Assembly: GCA_043813605.1 (NCBI GenBank)
Contig: JBDRKX010000016.1
Span: 1 to 12,174, forward strand
Direction of reading: 5' to 3'
DNA: 12,174 nucleotides
From: Elusimicrobiota bacterium
GTDB lineage: Bacteria; CG03; SLGR01; JBDRKX01
Both the position numbers and the translations under genes were made by a program. Under the pieces are notes generated by a model. That model was given only the letters and a program-made list of their open reading frames with translations, was not told where the DNA came from and did not search any database. Shown piece by piece: positions 6,863-12,174 of the stretch. Numbering within the stretch: position 1 is the stretch's first letter; each line of letters starts with the position of its first letter.

Positions 6863-6891
6863 TTGCTTATAGAAAGAGATTTTCTTACAAT
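6863..6891 (+). promoter_or_regulatory. Putative sigma70 promoter for the 7TM-PAS sensor
   Basis: TTGCTT (6863-6868) - 17 nt - TACAAT (6886-6891), followed by AAGGAG (6900-6905) and ATG 6920. Confidence 0.55.
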
Positions 6892-6919
6892 ACTATATAA
6901 AGGAGTCATACACCTTATT

Positions 6920-8218
6920 ATGAATGTTATGCCCTACATACATCTTTTGAGCGCAATGGCCTACCTCTGTCTGGTGGTATTTATCCTCGTTAAAAATATC
7001 AGGTCTCCGCTTAATAAATCATGTGCCGGCCTTCTCATCTGCCTTGCCGCCTGGAGCAGCGGCATGGTATTCATAAATGATCCCGACACATCTATGGAAA
7101 GCGCGATCCTGGTAGACAGGGTCTTTTCTTTCGGCTGGATAGGATTTGCTTCTTTTTTCCTGCTCTTCACCCTGATATTTACCGGAAGAGACAGGAACCT
7201 GAGACCGAAGTACTATTATCCCCTGATTTTCTTCCCTCCTGTTTTCTTCTACTGGACTGTCTGGACAGATAAACTCCTGTCAGGATATGTCAGGTATTAT
7301 TACGGCTGGACACACGTATATACGGACAGTATATATACTGTCCTCTTTTACGCATATTATCATATCTTCGTATTGGGCGGCATATACCTGCTTGTTCTGC
7401 ACATGAAAAGGACTCTGGATGTTAACAGAAAAAAACAGGCATTCATAATAATAAGCACTACTCTGATCACGCTTACTGCCGGTACGCTGATAAATGTCGT
7501 GCTGCCTGAACTAAATATTATGGTAATACCCAAATGCGCGGATATCGTCAGTCTGATATGGGCATCAGGTGTTGCTTACGCAGTCGTAAAATATAAATTC
7601 ATGACTATAAGCCCGGCTACTGCCGCGGACAACATAATCGAGACTATGATGGAATGCCTTATCCTCCTGGATTCAAATGGAAGAATACTGACAGAAAACA
7701 GGGCTACCCTGAAAACACTGGGTTATGTGCCGGACAATCTCAAAGGCAAAAAACTTTCATCAATAGTAGCTGAAAGCGATCTGAAGGGACTGCTCATCGA
7801 TAAGATAAACAACAGTCAGACAGTAAAGAACATAGAGGTCGATCTGATAACCGGTTCCGGTGATAATATCCCCGTGATCTTCTCGGCATCCCCGCTTAAA
7901 GAAGAAGACGGCCGTACAGCCGGTATCGTATGCATCGCCCGCGATATCACAGATCTGAAAAGGACCGAACAGGAACGCAACCTGCTCATAGATGAACTGC
8001 GGGAATCACTGGAAAACATAAAAAAACTGCGCGGCTTACTCCCTATCTGCCTGAGATGCAAGAAAATACGAAATGACACAGGATACTGGGATGAAGTCGA
8101 AACTTATATAAAAAGACACTCCGATGCCGTGTTCTCTCACGGGTACTGTCCCGAATGCTCTGAAAAAGAGATGGCAAAAATAAGATATATGATAGAAAAG
8201 GATAAGAAGCAGGATTAA
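6920..8218 (+). CDS. Membrane sensor: HisKA_7TM-like N-terminal domain, PAS/PAC, coiled coil and C-terminal CxxC...HxxCxxC domain; no histidine kinase core
   Basis: About 7 TM segments ending YAVVKYKFMTISP. PAS: IIETMMECLILLDSNGRILTENRA...GIVCIARDITDLKRTEQ. Tail: LRGLLPICLRCKKIRNDTGYWDEVETYIKRHSDAVFSHGYCPEC. Start moved from TTG 6857 to ATG 6920 because of the promoter and SD positions. Confidence 0.9.
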   Translation: MNVMPYIHLLSAMAYLCLVVFILVKNIRSPLNKSCAGLLICLAAWSSGMVFINDPDTSMESAILVDRVFSFGWIGFASFFLLFTLIFTGRDRNLRPKYYYPLIFFPPVFFYWTVWTDKLLSGYVRYYYGWTHVYTDSIYTVLFYAYYHIFVLGGIYLLVLHMKRTLDVNRKKQAFIIISTTLITLTAGTLINVVLPELNIMVIPKCADIVSLIWASGVAYAVVKYKFMTISPATAADNIIETMMECLILLDSNGRILTENRATLKTLGYVPDNLKGKKLSSIVAESDLKGLLIDKINNSQTVKNIEVDLITGSGDNIPVIFSASPLKEEDGRTAGIVCIARDITDLKRTEQERNLLIDELRESLENIKKLRGLLPICLRCKKIRNDTGYWDEVETYIKRHSDAVFSHGYCPECSEKEMAKIRYMIEKDKKQD

Positions 8219-8240
8219 CCGCGCCTTCCTGCGGTCAATC
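8213..8240. terminator. Hairpin between convergent genes, candidate (bidirectional) terminator
   Basis: GATTAACCGC-GCCTTCCT-GCGGTCAATC: 10-bp stem whose single mismatch is a G-U pair on the minus strand. The U-tracts are weak. Confidence 0.5.
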
Positions 8241-8258
8241 TGTTATAAAAGCAGTCTT

Positions 8259-8441
8259 CTACCTAAGTATGGCTATCTTCTTCTTCACGTTCACTCCGGG
8301 CCCGTTGACATGCGCTATATATATTCCGGATGCGATATCCTCCGGTATCCAGGAAAAATTCCCCTGGGTCAGGTTGTCTTTTGTTTCTTCATAAACGAGT
8401 TTCAAATCGGGTTTATCTCCGGGAGACATTCTTTTACTCAT
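8259..8441 (-). CDS. 60-aa protein resembling an isolated T9SS type-A/FlgD-like C-terminal sorting domain
   Basis: FSWIPEDIASGIYIAHVNGPGVNVKKKIAILR matches the W...ASGxYx...KKxxxx(K/R)-stop pattern. ATG lies 1 nt after the kinase stop, with an AAGGTGA SD inside the kinase 3' end. Confidence 0.7.
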   Translation of the reverse strand: MSKRMSPGDKPDLKLVYEETKDNLTQGNFSWIPEDIASGIYIAHVNGPGVNVKKKIAILR

Positions 8442-8442
8442 G

Positions 8443-9828
8443 TTATATCACCTTTTTCTCCACCCATTCTTTCCACATAAAATATTTATCTGCCAGATAC
8501 TCGCCGGCTTCCTCCGGTTCGATCTCTATCAGCGTGTTTGGAAACCCTGACAAATTACCGGATGCCAGCATAGCTGCGCCTTTCAGTGAAGTATCCCTTT
8601 CTTCGATCATGCTGACGGTCCGTCCCAGGCAGGATGCAAGTCCTGCACCTATGAATTTTTCTGCGGTGACTCCTCCCGATAGAAATATTTTTGAAGGTTT
8701 CCTGTCTCTGCATATTCCGTTTATTATCCCGGTTATCCGGAAGATTATACCTTCAAGGACAGCCTGTTTCCTGTCTTTAAGAGAAAGCCCCTCTTCCGGC
8801 TCTGACATCGTGAACGGTACAGCAGGTCTCCAATAGGGAGCACCGATACCCGCAGTATCCGGCATACAGAAAAGTACTGGGTTTTTATCTTCTTTCATAA
8901 ACTGGACATTTATGTCTTCCAGACCGGAAAGTGCTGCTGTTATGCCGTTTATCGTACCTTCCAGCGAATATAAGATATCACCGTTCTTCTTGCCCATATA
9001 AGGTCCGGAAAGGTATCCGGGTATTCTCCTGAAATCTCTTCCCGTAGGACACACTACGAATCCGCCTGTACCAAGATTTACGGAAACTATGTCATCCCGT
9101 TCACCGGTAACGGCTATAAGCGAAGCTGCCTGGTCAGCTGCTGTTGCCGTGATCTTTCTACCAGTATCGATAGGTATATCCCTGCCGTATGTCGGCTCTA
9201 TGTCCGGCAGTATTTTCCCCGGTACACCGAAAAAATCCAGCAGCACGGAAGACCACCGGCATTTAACCGGATCGGCAAGGAGCGTTCTGGATGCCATGGA
9301 TATATCCGTCGTATGTACAAGACCGCCAGTGAGTTTCCAGACAAGATAAGTCTCAAGTGTTCCAAAAAGCAGATGCCCTGCTTCAGCTCTGGTTTTGAGT
9401 GCCTTATCCTCAAAAAACATATGCGCCAGTTTCGGGCCGGCATAATGCGGAGAAAGCAGTAATCCGGTCTCTTCTTTCAAACGGGAGAATTCACCGGCCT
9501 TGTCATGACACAATCGGGCAGCCCTCCTGTCCTGCCATGATACCATAGGTGTGACAGGCTTACCCGTTTCTTTTTCCCATAGGATAAAACTGGAACGCTG
9601 TGAAGCTACCCCTATGCATATTTCAGGAGACAAGCCGGCAATGACTTCCCTGAAGAGACTGCAGGCGGATTCCTGATACGCTTGTGCGTCTCCTTCCATT
9701 ATCAGTCCCGTGCCACTGATGGGAGGAGAAGGAACGCTTTTTATGTGAAGAAACAACCCGTCTTTGTCAATTACGCCTGCTTTTATAAGCGTACTTCCTA
9801 TATCAAATCCTGCTGATACAGCCGGCAA
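8443..9828 (-). CDS. FGGY-family carbohydrate kinase, divergent glycerol kinase (GlpK)-like
   Basis: GFDIGSTLIKA, SQRSS, SWQDRR, FGTLETYL, HTTDISMASRTLL, ADQAASL, NLGTGGF, YSLEG, GIGAPYW and LSGG are colinear with GlpK motifs. The likely start is TTG 9828, preceded by AAAGGAG with an 8-nt spacer, rather than ATG 9873. Confidence 0.9.
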   Translation of the reverse strand: MPAVSAGFDIGSTLIKAGVIDKDGLFLHIKSVPSPPISGTGLIMEGDAQAYQESACSLFREVIAGLSPEICIGVASQRSSFILWEKETGKPVTPMVSWQDRRAARLCHDKAGEFSRLKEETGLLLSPHYAGPKLAHMFFEDKALKTRAEAGHLLFGTLETYLVWKLTGGLVHTTDISMASRTLLADPVKCRWSSVLLDFFGVPGKILPDIEPTYGRDIPIDTGRKITATAADQAASLIAVTGERDDIVSVNLGTGGFVVCPTGRDFRRIPGYLSGPYMGKKNGDILYSLEGTINGITAALSGLEDINVQFMKEDKNPVLFCMPDTAGIGAPYWRPAVPFTMSEPEEGLSLKDRKQAVLEGIIFRITGIINGICRDRKPSKIFLSGGVTAEKFIGAGLASCLGRTVSMIEERDTSLKGAAMLASGNLSGFPNTLIEIEPEEAGEYLADKYFMWKEWVEKKVI

Positions 9829-9842
9829 CTTTGCTTCTCCTT

Positions 9843-10613
9843 TCAGATATCCCTTATCTTTACCGTGAGCCATCCCGGATTATCGGTCATTATAACGTCT
9901 GCTTTCAGGTCAAGAGCTTTCCTGAGCTGCCGGCTTACATTACAGGCGTATGTCATAACAGCGTATCCCGCACGGTGCGCGTCATCAGCAAATTTTTTAT
10001 CAAGCCGCTTTACCGGAATAGAAAATCCATACAGTTCACTGAAACATGGATTATCCTTTTTGATATTGTTTAAAGGCTCAGTGATATTCAGGACATAACG
10101 GTTTGCAGGCGCTTCCCGGTACATCCTGTTTAAAAGCTCCGGATCAAAAGAGAGGATGCAAATCTGCGGGCATCTCTTCCCGGCCGGCCGTTTGCCGACA
10201 AGTTCCAGCACAGAGTTTCCGAGCTCTTCCGACCTGCCGGATGCCCGGTCTGTTTTCCGGGATTTTATTTCCAGAAACATCCGGGTTTTATCTTTATAAG
10301 AATCAAGCATATCGCTTAGCTTCATTATACGTTCGCCTTTATATTCACCGGAGAACCAGCTGCCGAAATCCATTGCTTTGAGTTCCCGGTATTTATGATC
10401 CGATATCCGTGTGCGATTTCCCGATATTTTTGCAAGTGTCCTGTCATGATAGAGTACCGGTACTCCGTCCCGGCTCAATTGCACGTCGAATTCAATACCG
10501 TCAACAACATACTCCAGTGCCCTGTTAAAAGCCGATCGCGTGTTCTCGGGCGCCTCGTACCGGGCGCCGCGGTGCGCTATTATAAGCGGCCGGTATATGT
10601 CATTTTTTTTCAT
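9843..10613 (-). CDS. Glycerophosphodiester phosphodiesterase (GDPD; cytoplasmic UgpQ/GlpQ-like)
   Basis: IIAHRGA...APENTRSAF, DGIEFDVQLSRDGVPVLYHD, FLEIK, ILSFD and IMTDNP. No signal peptide. Confidence 0.95.
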   Translation of the reverse strand: MKKNDIYRPLIIAHRGARYEAPENTRSAFNRALEYVVDGIEFDVQLSRDGVPVLYHDRTLAKISGNRTRISDHKYRELKAMDFGSWFSGEYKGERIMKLSDMLDSYKDKTRMFLEIKSRKTDRASGRSEELGNSVLELVGKRPAGKRCPQICILSFDPELLNRMYREAPANRYVLNITEPLNNIKKDNPCFSELYGFSIPVKRLDKKFADDAHRAGYAVMTYACNVSRQLRKALDLKADVIMTDNPGWLTVKIRDI

Positions 10614-11523
10614 CTTTATCCGAATAACATTCTGCCCAGTAAGTCCTTATATCAGTACAGTATTCTTTCGGCAGCTTTTTCATCCGTATGAGGTTCATCG
10701 GATTCAAGACAAATGTCTGGACACTGTACAATGCTTCAGGCACCTTTAACTGCCTTAGTCTCAGCATTCCCGCTTTGACGGCTCCTTTTTTTCCGGCTTC
10801 AAGGAAACTTGACGCGGCACTGATGAAAAGATCCCTTGGAAATATTCCGCTTATTCCGGGGAATCCGCACTTTCTCAATCCATCTCTGATAATTGTAGCG
10901 CAATTACGCGTAAAGACATTTGTGCTACGATATTTTTCCGGTCTCTTTGGATTCACAGGGGTACTATGAATTACTTTAAGTTCGTTATGATATATATCCG
11001 AAAGCCTTACAGTATCCAGCCCTTTAATGTGCAACACATGTATAGTCCTCATAAATTGCCGGCCGAATTTGTTATAGTAAGGTTTCTCTTTATCGTCTAT
11101 ATTGAATAACATGGTATCAGGATGCGGTGCGAACTCACCCAGGGCAGGCCTGTAGAAATATTCAGCCGGGCTCATTACCTCGTTTTCGATCAGCAGATGA
11201 GAAAAATTAAATATCTCGCCATTGACATTGATTGCAATATGCCCCATGAAAGAGAACGGGTATTTAACAAGTCTTTCATTGTAATAGATCTCTACAAACG
11301 GATATTCCGGCAACGGGACATCCGGCCACATAATAACTATCGGCCTGCCTGTATCGTAATCACATTCATCGAGCCGGCGGGCGCAAAGCCTTCTGCCGGT
11401 CCAGTGCTCAAGATAACCGTTCCATATAAGCTCATCCTCCAGCAGGCGGGCACCGTCATCCCCCTTAAGAAATCTCCTGTCTCCCTCGACTGTCAGTATG
11501 CCCTTGATAATGTCTTTATTCAT
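10600..11523 (-). CDS. Hypothetical protein with permuted papain-like (NlpC/P60 superfamily; DUF4105/Lnb, PPPDE, LRAT-like) His...Asn...Cys motifs
   Basis: 307-aa ORF overlapping both neighbours. GH95IAINVNGEIFN106F, then YRSTNVFTRNC208ATIIRDGL and GIFPRDLF. The gene itself is well supported; the fold call is by eye. Confidence 0.7.
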   Translation of the reverse strand: MNKDIIKGILTVEGDRRFLKGDDGARLLEDELIWNGYLEHWTGRRLCARRLDECDYDTGRPIVIMWPDVPLPEYPFVEIYYNERLVKYPFSFMGHIAINVNGEIFNFSHLLIENEVMSPAEYFYRPALGEFAPHPDTMLFNIDDKEKPYYNKFGRQFMRTIHVLHIKGLDTVRLSDIYHNELKVIHSTPVNPKRPEKYRSTNVFTRNCATIIRDGLRKCGFPGISGIFPRDLFISAASSFLEAGKKGAVKAGMLRLRQLKVPEALYSVQTFVLNPMNLIRMKKLPKEYCTDIRTYWAECYSDKDEKK

Positions 11524-11786
11524 ACCTTTCCCTTTTCTTTCGGCAGATACCTGTAATATAGAGCAAGGTCTGTCGCAACAAGAAGCATATTGACCGCATA
11601 CAGGTAAGTTACCCAGTCATATGAATAGAGTATCTTATGCACAAGGCCGCTCATATAACCGGCACACAGTATTGCCATGAATAACGGGCTTTTTCCCGAT
11701 ACTACTTTCGTACGCACCGACTTGGCAATGGATACCGGCCAGCTTACTCCAAAACAGATGAGCATAATTGCTTCAAATATACTCAT
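11520..11786 (-). CDS. PQ-loop / SemiSWEET-like 3-TM small membrane protein (88 aa)
   Basis: MSIFEAIMLICFGVSWPVSIAKSVRTKVVSGKSPLF...GY..G...K.....DW...LY..N: three TM helices with the P-x-I-x-K-x2-R-T-K-x3-G-x-S loop typical of PQ-loop proteins. The stop overlaps the next ATG (ATGA). Start set at ATG 11786. Confidence 0.8.
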   Translation of the reverse strand: MSIFEAIMLICFGVSWPVSIAKSVRTKVVSGKSPLFMAILCAGYMSGLVHKILYSYDWVTYLYAVNMLLVATDLALYYRYLPKEKGKV

Positions 11787-12174
11787 TTTCCATTCTATTT
11801 TTAACCGCTGCCGCAAAAAAAAGGCTTCCGCATGCGGCAATTACCGATGATATGAAAGGGAATATCATGCTTCGCATAACACGGTTCAGTATAGGAAAAT
11901 TCGGATCATATATCTTCAACACGAGACATGAAGCAAGTAACATCTCCACAGGACCCAGGAAAAGGTTCATCCCGGCATCCCACCAGAGGTTACGGCGCAC
12001 AAGCAGTACGAATAGGATCGCTGTTACTGAGAGAAGAAAAATAGTCACCCTGGTCAGAAAAAAAACACTCCTGCCGAGTAATGAAGCTGCCGAAAATGCG
12101 TTCAACCTGCAAGAGATGAAACCTAATAATATTATCATAAACCCGGTACCGAAACAGTAGCCGCTCAGCTTCAT
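11773..12174 (-). CDS. Hypothetical membrane protein, probably 5'-truncated by the window edge
   Basis: About 4 hydrophobic segments. The stop overlaps the PQ-loop gene start by 14 bp. The ATG sits exactly at the window edge and may be an internal Met. Confidence 0.65.
   Translation of the reverse strand: MKLSGYCFGTGFMIILLGFISCRLNAFSAASLLGRSVFFLTRVTIFLLSVTAILFVLLVRRNLWWDAGMNLFLGPVEMLLASCLVLKIYDPNFPILNRVMRSMIFPFISSVIAACGSLFFAAAVKNRMENEYI

Noticed and set aside
6857..6919. TTG start and 21-aa N-terminal extension of the sensor
   Set aside because: This stretch contains the predicted -35/-10 boxes and the AAGGAG SD, so ATG 6920 is more plausible.
9829..9873. ATG 9873 start for the kinase
   Set aside because: It would overlap GDPD by 31 bp. 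TTG 9828 has a strong AAAGGAG SD and places the DIGST motif near the N-terminus, as in FGGY kinases.
1..10613. Functional link between the DAK2/FakA-like gene and the glycerophosphodiester operon (fatty acid plus G3P recycling)
   Set aside because: Biochemically attractive, but the genes are about 8 kb apart and separated by unrelated transcription units. Nothing in the sequence supports co-regulation.
11787..11840. 18-aa N-terminal extension of the PQ-loop protein
   Set aside because: It lies inside the upstream membrane-protein gene. The family-like sequence starts at MSIFEAIML (11786).
8330..12160. Plus-strand ORFs (8330-8836, 9089-9349, 9831-10073, 10103-10381, 10688-10969, 11122-11556, 11768-12160 and others)
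   Set aside because: Antisense shadows of the motif-bearing minus-strand operon, with no recognisable domains.
1..12174. CRISPR array, tRNA/rRNA, transposase, integrase, prophage or defence genes
   Set aside because: No repeat-spacer periodicity, RNA-gene signatures or corresponding protein motifs were seen.

Overview
Bacterial chromosomal window with no mobile element, RNA gene or CRISPR array. From left to right it contains: (1) the 5' part of a DAK2-domain (FakA/DhaL-like) gene on the minus strand, which the ORF track missed; (2) a structured divergent promoter region; (3) a cheC-cheD-pilZ-zinc-ribbon cluster with no cheA/W/Y/MCP in the window, in which pilZ and the zinc-ribbon gene each carry a frameshift; (4) minus-strand genes for a small exported protein, a MenA/UbiA-like prenyltransferase with eroded catalytic motifs, an exported two-domain protein and a REC-GGDEF diguanylate cyclase; (5) a divergent 7TM-PAS sensor that lacks a kinase core and ends in a CxxC...HxxCxxC domain; (6) a tightly coupled minus-strand operon of at least six genes: membrane protein, PQ-loop/SemiSWEET-like 3-TM protein, permuted papain-like His/Asn/Cys enzyme, glycerophosphodiester phosphodiesterase, divergent glycerol-kinase-like FGGY kinase, and a 60-aa stand-alone T9SS-CTD-like peptide. 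This last operon is the best candidate for an undescribed system, hypothesised to be a phospholipid or glycerophosphodiester salvage pathway built around a thiol acyl-hydrolase. All family calls come from motif recognition by eye; no database searches were run.
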